This document shows, piece after piece, positions 48,124-59,922 of a stretch of DNA of 64,000 nucleotides (positions are counted from its first letter, which is position 1; every line of letters begins with the position of its first letter). The stretch lies in IMG/VR virus record IMGVR_UViG_3300028591_000088. One strand, 5' to 3'. A program made the position numbers and the translations under genes. The stretch comes from a virus. Its lineage: Duplodnaviria; Heunggongvirae; Uroviricota; Caudoviricetes. The notes under the pieces are model-generated. The model was not told the origin of the DNA. It ran no database searches and worked only from the letters and a program-made list of their open reading frames with translations.

Positions 48124-50146
48124 ATGAAAAATAAATTTATTCCTGTAAGTGGTCTTGAAATTCTTGACCAAATCTATAATGAAGAACATAATGATTTTGA
48201 ATTGGAAGAGGTAATCGAGGATGTATATAAGATGATGACTTATAAAGCTAGTAATATGCAGATTCTTACTATAAAGAAAGGATTTTACAAGTCCAGAGAA
48301 AAAACTGATGGATTTATGACATTCTCTTTAAATGGAAAAGAAAGGTTCTATGGAATACAAGAAGTAAAGAGAAAAGTCTGTAATTCTACTAATCAATATA
48401 AGAGACAATTACTTCAAGCACTTAGATATTTGTGGTTATATAAAAATGAGCCATCTATAAAAGTATTTATACTTAACTCTGAAAAGTTTTATGCATATGT
48501 ACTTAGAGAAGATATAGAAGACTTAATAAATCAGTTATCTCCTCTATTTGCTAAATCTGATAAATCTGCTTGTAAAACTTGGAATGATACAGATTTAAGA
48601 AGGACTATTCAGAGCTATAACATTAACTTCCATACCACTTTATTAAGAAACTTGGAATTAGATAAGACTCTTACAGAAATATATAAATTAGTATGACTAG
48701 ACATGAAGTATTAGAGATGGCATCTATAGCATGCTTAAAAGAACTTTATAGTAAAGCTCAACCAGCTATTAATTGGGATGATCTTATGGAAGAAAATAGA
48801 CTTTATTCTAAGGCTTATAAACAATGGGAATCTTTATATAAAGAATCTCCAGAAAAAGCTGGAAGTGTCTTAGATTTCTGTGGACCTCGTCCTTATGAAT
48901 TTTACTATCTTCCTAAGGAAGTACTTAAAGAAATAGCTGACTCTTATATAGACGCTTATTATATAGATTCTCAGCAAAATCTTTTAAATATTATAGATAC
49001 GTTAAAGAACTATTGTCTTTCTCCTATAAAGGAATCCTATATAAAGGAATCTGATGGAGAAACACGTAGAGGATATGTACATCCAGATAATATAAAGAAA
49101 ACTATACAATCGTTATTACAGGCTTTCTATTCAAATTCAGATTGTGATTCTTCTTATGTATCAGATGAACTTGTAAAGATATTCTTTGAGTTCTTAGATG
49201 ATGCTGGAGGATTCTATACATGGAATAGAGATTTAACTGCTTTTAATATGTCTGTTTATTTAGGTCCTAGTCCATGTTCTAATAAGGAAACTGTTATAAA
49301 GAATTGGAAGTTATATAGAAATAAAGATATAAAGATTGATGATTCTATTTATATAGAAGACGACGAATGGAAGTAACACTTGAACAATTAATGGAGGGGA
49401 AAGGAACCCTGATAAAGAATAAAGAATATTGGCCAACTGAAGCTTATGTATCTCCCTTTATAAAGAGATTAGAGGCTATAGTAGAGAGATTTGAAATTAA
49501 AGTAGAAACTCCATCTCAAATTACTCTTACTAAGGAGGGGCAAATAAATACTCAAGATATTACTTATAATAGAGTATGGATTCAGGGAGTACTTCCTGAG
49601 AATTATCGTGTAGATAATCATGATGACGTAATAGGTATGGTTTATGGACTGGATGTTCGTAAACCAATTGTAAAGTTCTATAGAGGAGGACTTAATAGAG
49701 CTTGTACAAACTTATGTGTATTTAGTCCTGATTCTCTTAGTGCTAGAGAACTTAATCCTGAAGAAGCTATTGATTATCGTCCTTTAGATGGAATGATTAA
49801 ACAAGCTAATACTATTAAGGACTTCTTAGAGTCTTTACATAAAACTCAATTCTCTAGAGAGGCATCTAACCTTAATGAACACTTAGGGATGTGGATGCGT
49901 AGGTCTTGGGCAATGGAGTATGATAATGGAGTTACTAAAGCATCTATAGCAGCAAGTGTTGTAGAAGGAGCATTTAAACTTCTATTTGAAAAGGAAAGTT
50001 CTTCTTATTTTGTTCCTCGTGACCAAAATACTGATATGTTTAATGTATATAATGCATTTACTGAACTTATCTCTAATGATAAGGATAAGGATATAATGAA
50101 CAAGGTAGAAAAAACACTTTTGTTAAAAAGAATACTTGACGTTTAA
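48124..50146 (+). CDS. three consecutive translationally coupled hypothetical proteins (48124-48696, 48693-49376, 49367-50146)
   Basis: ORF track, with ATGA overlaps. Confidence 0.5.
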
Positions 50147-50201
50147 TTTTCGTCTTGCAGATTACTAAAAAATTAACTATATTTAAAATTCATGCTTAAA
50201 T

Positions 50202-52373
50202 ATGGAAATAATGAAAGTAACTAATCGAGACGGAATTTTAGTAGAGTTTAACTCTGAGAAAGTGGAAGCAGCTATAGAGGCTGCATTTAAAGAAGCAGAT
50301 GTAGACTATGATAAGTTTGTAATAGATAGTATTTATAGAGATATATCTTTTTGGGATGAAATGAATATCGAAGATATTCAAGACCAAATTGTTGAAGTTC
50401 TTGAGGACTGGGGTTATTCTTCTGTTGCTGAAGAATTCTTGTTCTATAGATGGAGTCATGAAAAAGCAAGAGAACTTGCACGTTCTAAACAAAACTTTAT
50501 AAATAAATATAAGGATTCTACTAATACTGCTAACGCTACTATTGATGATAATAGCAATGTAGGGTGTAAGAATATAGGAGTTTTAAATGCTGAAGGGCAT
50601 AAACAAGAAAATGTCCTTGTTAGTAGGGCAATGATTAAAGATAAGCTTAAACAGATTTATCCTGGATTTGATGCCAAACAATATGCTAGAGACTTAAAAA
50701 CTCATATAATATATAAGCATGATGAGTCTGGATTTATGGGTGCTATTGCTCCATATTGTTGTTCTATTAGTATGTATCCTTTCTTGCAGAGAGGTATAAG
50801 AGATCTTGGAGGTTTATCTGCAAGTCCACATAATCTTGATAGTTATTGTGGAATGTATATAAACTTAATATTTGCTGTAGCATCTCAGTTTGCTGGGGCT
50901 GTGGCTACTCCAGAATTCTTGTTGTATTTTGACTATTTTGCTCGTAAGCAATGGGGAGACGATTATTATCTAAAACCTGATGCACAAACTACTAGTGAGC
51001 ATGTACTCAGAACAATGACTATACGTAAGCAAATATATCAGTACTTTCAACAAGTTATTTATTCTATAAATCAGCCAGCAGCAGCAAGAGGTATGCAAAG
51101 TGCTTTTGTCAATTTTGCTTATTTTGATAAACCTTTCTTTGAATCTATGTTTAATAACTTTGTATTTCCAGATATGACTGAACCTAAATGGGAAAGCCTC
51201 AACTGGTTACAAAAAACATTTATGCAATGGTTTAATAAAGAAAGAGAACGTACGATTCTAACATTCCCCGTTGAATCCTTTGCTCTAATATATAAAGACG
51301 GTAAATTTATTGATGAAGAGAATGCGAACTTTGTTGCTGAGGAATATGCGAGAGGGCATAGCTTCTTTACTTACATTTCAGACACTGCGGATAGTTTATC
51401 CTCATGCTGTAGACTTAAGAATAAGGTGGATACTAAAGAGTTTAATTTCACTAATGGAAACATGGGTGTGGAAACGGGCTCAAAGAGTGTTATCACGCTT
51501 AACTTAAATAGAATTACTCAAGATATTGTTAAAAAGTGTAAGTGGGATATTACAGACGAAAAGAAGAGAAAGAAATTCTATGGTAACTATGCTTATCATT
51601 TAGGAGAGATTCTACAGAGAGTATATAAGTATCATATAGCTTATAATGAATGTCTATGGGATATGTATGATGCTGGACTTCTTCCAGTTTATTCTAGTGG
51701 TTTTATATCATTAAATAAACAGTATCTAACTATAGGTCTAAATGGTCTTAATCAAGCCGCTGAATTCTTAGGAATTGAATGCAATGTAAATCCTTTATAT
51801 GAAGAATTTTGTCAGGCTATATTTGGAATTATTAAGGAATCTAATAGTGAAGCTAATGGAGTATATTTTGGACATAAAGTAACATTTAATACAGAATTAG
51901 TCCCCGCCGAGAGTTTAGCAGCTAAAAATTATAACTGGGATAAACAAGACAATTATTGGGTTCCTGATGATACTAACTTATATGCAAGTTATGTATTTAA
52001 ACCTAATGACAAATCTATAAGTATTCTTGATAAGCTTACTTTACATGGTAAAAACTATATAGGGGACCATTTAGATGGAGGAGTTGCCTGTCATATTAAT
52101 CTTGCTGACCATCCTAGTTATGAACAATGCAAGAAGTTATTAAAATTTGCAGCAGAAGAAGGATGTCAGTATTTTACCTTTAATATTCCTAATTCTGAAT
52201 GTCAAGATTGTGGATGGATAGGTAAACGTCCTGTAGATGCTTGTCCAAGATGTGGAAGTCATCGTATAGACCTATATGATAGGATTATTGGATATTTAAC
52301 TAGAATACGTAACTGGGCAGATGCTAGAAAGATAGAACAAACTAAAAGAGTTTATAGTAAGGTCGGTGTATAA
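50202..52373 (+). CDS. nrdD: anaerobic ribonucleoside-triphosphate reductase
   Basis: 723 aa. C-terminal Zn ribbon CQDC...CPRC followed by the glycyl-radical motif RIIGYLTRI (T4 NrdD has RITGYL). Confidence 0.85.
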   Translation: MEIMKVTNRDGILVEFNSEKVEAAIEAAFKEADVDYDKFVIDSIYRDISFWDEMNIEDIQDQIVEVLEDWGYSSVAEEFLFYRWSHEKARELARSKQNFINKYKDSTNTANATIDDNSNVGCKNIGVLNAEGHKQENVLVSRAMIKDKLKQIYPGFDAKQYARDLKTHIIYKHDESGFMGAIAPYCCSISMYPFLQRGIRDLGGLSASPHNLDSYCGMYINLIFAVASQFAGAVATPEFLLYFDYFARKQWGDDYYLKPDAQTTSEHVLRTMTIRKQIYQYFQQVIYSINQPAAARGMQSAFVNFAYFDKPFFESMFNNFVFPDMTEPKWESLNWLQKTFMQWFNKERERTILTFPVESFALIYKDGKFIDEENANFVAEEYARGHSFFTYISDTADSLSSCCRLKNKVDTKEFNFTNGNMGVETGSKSVITLNLNRITQDIVKKCKWDITDEKKRKKFYGNYAYHLGEILQRVYKYHIAYNECLWDMYDAGLLPVYSSGFISLNKQYLTIGLNGLNQAAEFLGIECNVNPLYEEFCQAIFGIIKESNSEANGVYFGHKVTFNTELVPAESLAAKNYNWDKQDNYWVPDDTNLYASYVFKPNDKSISILDKLTLHGKNYIGDHLDGGVACHINLADHPSYEQCKKLLKFAAEEGCQYFTFNIPNSECQDCGWIGKRPVDACPRCGSHRIDLYDRIIGYLTRIRNWADARKIEQTKRVYSKVGV

Positions 52374-52386
52374 CCGGCCTTTTTTG
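52356..52386 (+). terminator. rho-independent terminator after nrdD
   Basis: aaggtcggtgtataaccggccttttttg. Confidence 0.6.
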
Positions 52387-52644
52387 TTATGTTAAGTGCA
52401 AAAGAAGCTCGTAAAATTAGTAATAGTGAACTATTACAAACAATGAACTTAATAAGAAAATCAGCTTATAAGGGTGGAACTAACATTAAGCTTGATTATT
52501 CTTTATCTAAAGATGTTCTTAAGGTTTTGAAAGATTATGGTTATAATGTAGAATATAAAGAAGGTCCTATATTTGAAGAAACTCCTTATGGTAAGGTATT
52601 GGAAAATATAGTTGGTTGTAATAAAGAAACCGTAATAAGTTGGG

Positions 52645-53799
52645 ATGCCTAGAAAATTAACAACTGAAGAATTTATCAAGAAAGCACAAGTTATTCATCC
52701 AGATGTAGATTTTAGTAAGACTAATTATATAAATAGTAAAACCTCAGTAATCATTACATGTCCTATACATGGAGATGTAGAAGTTAATCCAGCCAGATAT
52801 TTAAACTCTAAATATAATTGTCCATACTGTGGAGGAACTAAAAAGAAGACTACAGAAACTTTTATAAAAGAGTGTAAAGCTTTATATGGAGATGAATTTC
52901 TTTATGATAAAGTTAATTATGTAGCTTCTGATATTCCTGTTATTATAACATGTAAAAAACATGGTGATTGGACAGTTAGACCATACAGTTTTTTACAAGG
53001 ATATAAATGTCCTAAATGTGGAAAAGAGAGTATGGCTGATAAAAGAAGATTAACTACTGAAGAATTTATAAAAAGGTCTAGAAGTATTCATGGTGATAAA
53101 TACAATTACTCCAAAGTAAATTATACTGGATATAGAGATAGAGTTTGTATTATATGTCCTGAACATGGAGAATTCCTTCAAGCCCCAGAAGATCATATGT
53201 ATGGACGTGGATGTCCAGAGTGTGGAAAAGAAAGAGTTATTGAAAAAAATACATACTCTATAGAGAAGTTTATAGAAAAAGCCAAAGAAGTTCATGGTGA
53301 TAAATACGATTATTCTAAAGTTAATTATATTGATAGTTATACTAAAGTTTGCATTATATGTCCAGAGCACGGAGAATTTTGGCAAATTCCTTCTAGTCAT
53401 TTATTTGGTCATGGATGCCCAAAATGTGCATTTGAGAAAAGTTTAAATATTTCTATTTCTCAAGGAGAATTAGAAGTTATGAATATTCTTAATAAACACA
53501 ATATAGAATATAAGACTCAAGTACCAATAGAATCTACAATTAATAATACTGGATGGATGTATGTTGATTTTTATATTCCGTCAATGAATACTATTATTGA
53601 GTATAATGGAAGGCAGCATTATATTCCAGTCGATTTAATGGGAGGTCAAATACACCTTAAGCAACAACAGGCTCGTGATGAAGAACTTCGACAATATTGT
53701 AAGGATAATAATATTAAACTTATTGAGATAAGGTATGACGAAGATGTATGGGTTGAATTAGAAGCACAACTATTTAATGAAAATACTAATAATTCCTGA
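52645..53799 (+). CDS. putative homing/selfish endonuclease: four tandem Zn-ribbon (CPxCG) repeats plus a C-terminal endonuclease-like domain
   Basis: Four repeats of about 60 aa, ...FI.KA..(V/I)HGDKY.YSKVNY.....V.I.CP.HGEF...P..H..G.GCP.C.. The C-terminal EYNGRQHY...D..RD..L is reminiscent of Vsr/DUF559-type nucleases. It sits between nrdD and nrdG. Confidence 0.45.
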   Translation: MPRKLTTEEFIKKAQVIHPDVDFSKTNYINSKTSVIITCPIHGDVEVNPARYLNSKYNCPYCGGTKKKTTETFIKECKALYGDEFLYDKVNYVASDIPVIITCKKHGDWTVRPYSFLQGYKCPKCGKESMADKRRLTTEEFIKRSRSIHGDKYNYSKVNYTGYRDRVCIICPEHGEFLQAPEDHMYGRGCPECGKERVIEKNTYSIEKFIEKAKEVHGDKYDYSKVNYIDSYTKVCIICPEHGEFWQIPSSHLFGHGCPKCAFEKSLNISISQGELEVMNILNKHNIEYKTQVPIESTINNTGWMYVDFYIPSMNTIIEYNGRQHYIPVDLMGGQIHLKQQQARDEELRQYCKDNNIKLIEIRYDEDVWVELEAQLFNENTNNS

Positions 53800-54502
53800 T
53801 ATACATGGAAGAGGTTTTTGGAGAAAGCCCTGCGAAAAAGACTGGGACAAGATAGTTTTTCTTGGAGATTATGTAGATCCTTATCCAGGAGAAGCAGAAC
53901 AATCAGATGTAATGGGAGAACTTATAGATATAGTAGAATTTAAAAGACAGAACCCAGATAAAGTAGTATTACTATGGGGAAATCATGACTGCTTTTATTG
54001 GTGTGAACCTTATAGAAGACAATTAGATTATTGGAGTAGACATGATAATCTAAGACATGAAGATATACAGGCCTTCTTTAGAGAAAACCTAGATAAGTTT
54101 CAGTGGGCATATGAGCAAGATGGATTTTTATTTACACATGCTGGAGTTAATAATTCTATGGGTAAATTACTCATAGAAGAATATGACAAACTTGATGCAG
54201 ATGTAATAAATGATTTCTTTAATAAAGAACAAAATCAAATGCTTCTTGCTATGGTATCTTATTATAGAGGAGGTCCAGATGATTTTAGTAGTATTATATG
54301 GGCAGATGTAAGAGAACATTATGGAAAAATGCCTATAGACGCTTTAAAGAAATATTATCAAATATTTGGACATACATACCTTACAAGTAGCATAGTAACT
54401 AAATGGTTTGCTATGTTAGATACTGGAGGAGATTGGAATTATATAGAAGATGGAATACTTAAAGATCAAAATGGTAATGAACTTAAAATTGAAAAAATAT
54501 GA
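53777..54502 (+). CDS. calcineurin-like metallophosphoesterase
   Basis: IIPDIHGRG, FLGDYVD, GNHD and THAG motifs. Confidence 0.75.
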   Translation: MKILIIPDIHGRGFWRKPCEKDWDKIVFLGDYVDPYPGEAEQSDVMGELIDIVEFKRQNPDKVVLLWGNHDCFYWCEPYRRQLDYWSRHDNLRHEDIQAFFRENLDKFQWAYEQDGFLFTHAGVNNSMGKLLIEEYDKLDADVINDFFNKEQNQMLLAMVSYYRGGPDDFSSIIWADVREHYGKMPIDALKKYYQIFGHTYLTSSIVTKWFAMLDTGGDWNYIEDGILKDQNGNELKIEKI

Positions 54503-54838
54503 TTAAGGGAATTGAGGATTTTAAATCTAAATTACAGAAAGCTATTTTAGAATTTATAGCTACTAATTTAGATATGTCTGAAGATATAGAAGTTGAAGAA
54601 TTAGATGATTATATAATCAGTATAAATGATGTAAAATTTTATGTAATTACAGACGCAGAAGAAAAAGGTATTCTAGCTAAATATAATAAAGAAAAATTTG
54701 ATAACTTCTTTGATAATCTTAATGCTGAACAACTCCGATATATAGATGAAGACTTATGGGAAGAGGATAATGCTATTACAGATTTCGGAGAATGGCTACA
54801 AGAAGAGACCCAATGGATTGTAGATACTAAAGACTATT

Positions 54839-55324
54839 ATGGTAATTATAATTTCTATGAAGTTCACTGATTATGAAGTTGTTTTATCAGAAATACCTGA
54901 TGAAATTACTCTTGCCATAAATATAAGTAATTGTCCTTATCACTGTCCAGGTTGTCATAGTCCTCACTTATGGGAAGATATAGGAATGGAATTAACTCCT
55001 CCTATGCTTTATCAGATGATTAAGAGAAGTAAAGGTATTACCTGTGTCTGCTTTATGGGAGGAGAATTTCAAGATGTAAAAGCTAGATCTTACTGGATTC
55101 ATAATTTATTTCCTGAACTGAAAACAGCTTGGTATACTGGATCCTCAGCTTTACCAATAGAAGAACATACTCTTAACTATATAAAGATAGGTAGATATAT
55201 ACAAGATTTAGGTCCTCTTAATAATCCTAATACAAATCAACGTCTTTATAAAATAGATAAGTTAGATAAAGGATTTAAAGGAATGGAAAATATAACTTCA
55301 AAATTATGGAAAAAGATAAAGTAA
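54839..55324 (+). CDS. nrdG: anaerobic RNR activating protein (radical SAM)
   Basis: The CPYHCPGC motif (CxxxCxxC). Small, at 161 aa. Downstream of nrdD. Confidence 0.75.
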   Translation: MVIIISMKFTDYEVVLSEIPDEITLAINISNCPYHCPGCHSPHLWEDIGMELTPPMLYQMIKRSKGITCVCFMGGEFQDVKARSYWIHNLFPELKTAWYTGSSALPIEEHTLNYIKIGRYIQDLGPLNNPNTNQRLYKIDKLDKGFKGMENITSKLWKKIK

Positions 55325-55761
55325 TTAAATTAGTGTATCTAGACGGAAGATATGGTGCTCATGTGCTTATTCCATTTAAAAACAGATGGGATGGACTTGG
55401 AGAAGATCCTCTTCTTCCAGACCAACAGGAATTCATGTTTCCAGAGTCCTATTATAGGGCTATAGGAGATAATTTTACTTTTCCAGATACTATAGATCCA
55501 GATGGAGGACCTTTCATGTCTATAGGTTATACATTTACAGATGATAATATAAAATACAGAATAGATAAATTTGATTGTCGTGGTAAATATCCAATACTTA
55601 TATGCAGCAGGTTGCAGTAATTGATTATGCATTAGGATGTATAGATGTATATACTATTCCAAAAGAGGAAGATCCTCAAGAATGGTTAGACAAGAACAAT
55701 AAATGGAATCCTAGTAACTGTGACTGGATAGCAAACGACGGTATTTTACCTATTACTATTC

Positions 55762-57165
55762 ATGCTTGATTTTAGTAATCTATCAGTTGATAAACCTAAG
55801 AAAAGGGACTTTGAGCTTGGAGAAGAACAACTCCAGGCTCTTTCTCTTATTAAGGACTTTATAAAGAACAGTAACGATACTGCTTTTTCTTTATGTGGTT
55901 CTGCTGGTACTGGTAAGACTACATTAGAAAAAGAAATAATAGATTATTTAAATGATGAATGGCTTGATTATTCTTTATGTGCTCCAACTCATAAAGCAGC
56001 CTTAGTAATGAGGCAGACTACTAGGGAGGATGCTATTACTTTACATAAGTTGTTATCACTTTCTCCAAATGTAGAGATCTTAGATCTTGATTTTAGAGAA
56101 TTGCAATTTAGAACTTCTAGGGTTGTAAATGCTATTATGCCTAAAAGTATAATAATATGTGATGAGGCTTCTATGATAAATGATGATTTGTTTGATCTTC
56201 TTATTCAAAAATGCAAGGATAAGAAAGCTAAAATTATCTTTTTGAGTGATAGTAAACAACTTAATCCAGTAAAGAGTAGGAGATGTTCAAAAGTATATGA
56301 TTTACCAAATCAGTTTGAACTGACTCATATATATAGACAAGACAAAGAAAGTGCCCTTACAGACCTCTTACAGGCTCTTAGAGACCATAAACTTGGTCAC
56401 TTGGACAGTAAGATTGCTGAGGCTGGAAGTCTTATTGTGACGTCTAATATGCTTGAATTTTTAGGAGCAGCTAAAGTCCAATTTTTAAAGGCTATAGATG
56501 AGAGAAATATTCTTCAAACCAAGATAGCTGCTTATACCAATACTCGAGTAGCACTATTTAATCAAGCTGTAAGAAAGTTTTTATGGAAAGATAACGAACC
56601 TTATCATAAAGGAGAGTTCCTAACCTCTTATGAGAATGCAGATTTTGAAGGTACTATGTTTTATAATTCAATGGATTATATAATAGAAAATGAACCTGAA
56701 GAACTTGAGTATGAATTACCTCACTTTTGTTGTAAGGTAAAAGGCTACCTACTTGATTTGTATGATTCTTATGATAAATATTCCAAAGAAGTGATAATTC
56801 TTTCCAAGAATAATTCTCAAGAGTTATTTGAAAATCTAGCAGGTACTTTAGAAGCTATAAGATTCAGAGCTATAGATGCTAAGCAGTACAGTTCTTTTAA
56901 AGCTTCACTTTATTGGAAGCAATACTATGAACTACTTCATAGTTTTGTAACTCCTCAAGCTCTCCTTTATGATGGAAGAGTAGTAAGAAAGAAATCTTTT
57001 GACTATGGATATGCTTCCACTTCTCATAAGCTTCAAGGAAGTACATATGAGAATATATTTGTAGATTTACGTAATATAAATACCTGTTCTGATGAAGTAG
57101 TGAAAAGACAATTACAGTATGTAGCACTTTCTAGAACAAGACATGATGCTTATGTATTACAATGA
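55762..57165 (+). CDS. Dda/RecD/Pif1-like superfamily-1 DNA helicase
   Basis: Walker A CGSAGTGKTT. Walker B IIICDEASMI. C-terminal YVALSRTRHDAYVL, which is typical of RecD/Dda. Confidence 0.75.
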   Translation: MLDFSNLSVDKPKKRDFELGEEQLQALSLIKDFIKNSNDTAFSLCGSAGTGKTTLEKEIIDYLNDEWLDYSLCAPTHKAALVMRQTTREDAITLHKLLSLSPNVEILDLDFRELQFRTSRVVNAIMPKSIIICDEASMINDDLFDLLIQKCKDKKAKIIFLSDSKQLNPVKSRRCSKVYDLPNQFELTHIYRQDKESALTDLLQALRDHKLGHLDSKIAEAGSLIVTSNMLEFLGAAKVQFLKAIDERNILQTKIAAYTNTRVALFNQAVRKFLWKDNEPYHKGEFLTSYENADFEGTMFYNSMDYIIENEPEELEYELPHFCCKVKGYLLDLYDSYDKYSKEVIILSKNNSQELFENLAGTLEAIRFRAIDAKQYSSFKASLYWKQYYELLHSFVTPQALLYDGRVVRKKSFDYGYASTSHKLQGSTYENIFVDLRNINTCSDEVVKRQLQYVALSRTRHDAYVLQ

Positions 57166-57605
57166 TACAAGTATTTATTCTTAACGGAAGTGAATATGCG
57201 TTAAAGTTGTTTAACAATTTCGATTTACATACTTATAATGCTAAATTAGCACTATCTATAATGTTTATATATGTAGATAACATACTGTATAAGAAAGTTA
57301 CTAATTTTGATAACGAATACTTATATAACATATGGTTGAACTTGTGCTCGTATCAAACAACTTAGACGATGAAAAGAAAGTGCTGTCTAGAGAATCTCCT
57401 AGTGGGTATTATTTTTCTTTTCTTGATCTCGGCTCTATGTTATGCAGGGCTGATGCTTATGCTTTAAAAAGTGAGTGGGGAGCCAGAAAAGATCCATTTG
57501 CTCTAGTAAAGGATAAGGATAAAGTGCTTAGATGCTTTTATTCTGAAGAAAGCAATAATGTAATAGATGAGGCTTTAGATTTTATTAAATCTTTACAAGA
57601 AACTT

Positions 57606-58040
57606 ATGATTGACGTAAAAGTATTAAAAACAGGAGGTTATACAGAACTTCCAAAGTATGCAACTCCAGGGAGTGCAGGACTAGATTTAAGAAGTACAAA
57701 GACAGTAGTACTTGAGCCCCATGGTAGAGTTTTAGTCCCAACTGGATTATTTATAGCTCTTCCTGAAGGTTATGAAGCCCAGATTAGGCCTCGCAGTGGA
57801 CTTGCTCTTAAGAAAGGAATTACTGTTCTTAATACTCCTGGCACTATAGATGCAGATTATCGTGGTGAGGTAGGAGTTATTTTATTTAATACTACTGATG
57901 AAGACTTTATAGTTAATGAAGGTGATAGAATAGCTCAAATGGTTATAAATAAAGTTGAACAGCTTAATTGGGTAGAGGTAGAAGAATTAGATGAGACAGA
58001 ACGTGGAGATGGTGGTTATGGACATACTAAAATTAAATAA
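57606..58040 (+). CDS. dut: dUTP diphosphatase
   Basis: [27 protein letters not shown] and the C-terminal GGYGHTK motifs. Confidence 0.85.
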   Translation: MIDVKVLKTGGYTELPKYATPGSAGLDLRSTKTVVLEPHGRVLVPTGLFIALPEGYEAQIRPRSGLALKKGITVLNTPGTIDADYRGEVGVILFNTTDEDFIVNEGDRIAQMVINKVEQLNWVEVEELDETERGDGGYGHTKIK

Positions 58041-59922
58041 TTATGAAGAAATTTCAAGAATTAATCTCGGATAATACAAGTGCTTCTTTGAAGCGTCGTG
58101 CAGCTCAGATTTCAACTAGTGCAGAGATTGCTCAGCAGAATTTAGTTAATGCTCTTAAACAAGAGAAAACTAATGTAGAATTAAAGATTGCTGCTCTTAC
58201 GGATTTAGCTCCAGATTCTGCTGATTCATTACGTCCTGGTTCAAAGGATTGGGATGCAGTTAACTGGGTAAAGAGCTTACAGAATGCTAAGCAAGAACTT
58301 TACCAAATTGAAATTCAATTAAAGTTAGCACAAGAAACCTTTGACGAATATTTTAGTGAGCAATGAACTTTATAAATTGCGATAAAGAATATATAACCTC
58401 CCGATATGAATATTTAAGGGATCATATGAAAGGGATGCCTAGACTAAGTATTTTTAAAATTGATAGTTGGGCAGAGCCTTGGGGTTTTGGTAGACAATTT
58501 AAATCAGAAGTTAATAAAATATATAAAGAAGCTAATAAAGTAATATTTGATGAGGAACCAGATTCTATTTCAGATGATGAATACTCAGAATTTATTATAA
58601 TTACTTTAAGGACTGATACAGAGATAGGAATAATATGGATATCTGAAGAAGATATGTTTACAGAAGTTATAGAAGATTTATTTAATGCTGAAGTAATAAA
58701 TAAGAAATCTCCAGTTAGTATTCCAGCTTCTCCTACTCTAAAGAAACCAGATAATCTTGTTATTAATAAATTAAATCTATTTAAATGATTACCTCTGAAA
58801 ACTTTATAACGAATCTTAAGGCCTATAAAGAAGGGTGTGATTTCCTAAGAAAAATGGATAACTATAATCTTGATTTCTATGAGACCCCTTTGAGTAAAAG
58901 TTCTGATACTATGTTTCAAGCTTGGTTAGACCAAATAACTAATGAGGAGGGACAAGATCTTATATATTGGTGGTTATTTGAAGATGTTGACAAGATAATA
59001 ACAGATAATGAAGTTGATATAAATGTAGAAGATATTGAGGAGTTTACTAAATATTTAAAAGATTATGGATATTTCAAAAATTAAAGAACTACATTCTCAA
59101 ATCACTAAGTTAAAGAATAAAGCAGAAGCAACTGATTCCAAGAGGGAAACTCGTGAAATCCAGATGCAAATAGATAACTTAGAGAATGAACTTGAGGACT
59201 TAGTTTATAATTCTTTAAAAGAAATTCCTGAAGAGATAGATGTAAGAATTCAAACTGATAAAGTAGTTTCTTATGATACTTATGAATTTAAAGATTATAT
59301 AATGGATATGATTCTTACTGAAAATAATCTTGAAAATTTAGATATTAATAGGGAATTACTGGAATATATTCAAGATTCATATGACCTATTTGACGCTATT
59401 AATAATAGTGATTTAACTATTTCTATAGATGATGATAGATATAAATAAATTATTTGTAAATCTAGATATAGTCCTCTCTAAGAGGACTATTTTAAGTAAT
59501 ATATTAGCTCCATATGAGCTTAATAATATAGTATCTAAAGCAAAGAAAAATAATTGGTCTGATGATACAATTATTGAATATGTAAATAGATATTTAAAAG
59601 AAAATATATCTGAATTTGTTGATAATTCCGATTTCTTAAATGCTAGTGTTATAGTAGAATCTGATGATGATGTAGTAATAGCAATGAGCCTGATGGAACA
59701 GTCTCAACAAGATGCTGAAAAGTTAATCATCACTAGAGAATACAAGTATCCAGGCTGTTGGTTAAATGATATAACTAGAGCTTTAAAGAATCTTAATTAC
59801 TATGAAGATGATAGAATATCTATTATATGGGATGCATATTATAATGCTAACTGGAAAAAGAATTCAACAATCAAAGGATGGGTAGAATTAGCAGATGTTC
59901 TCGAAAGTTATTATGATACTCT

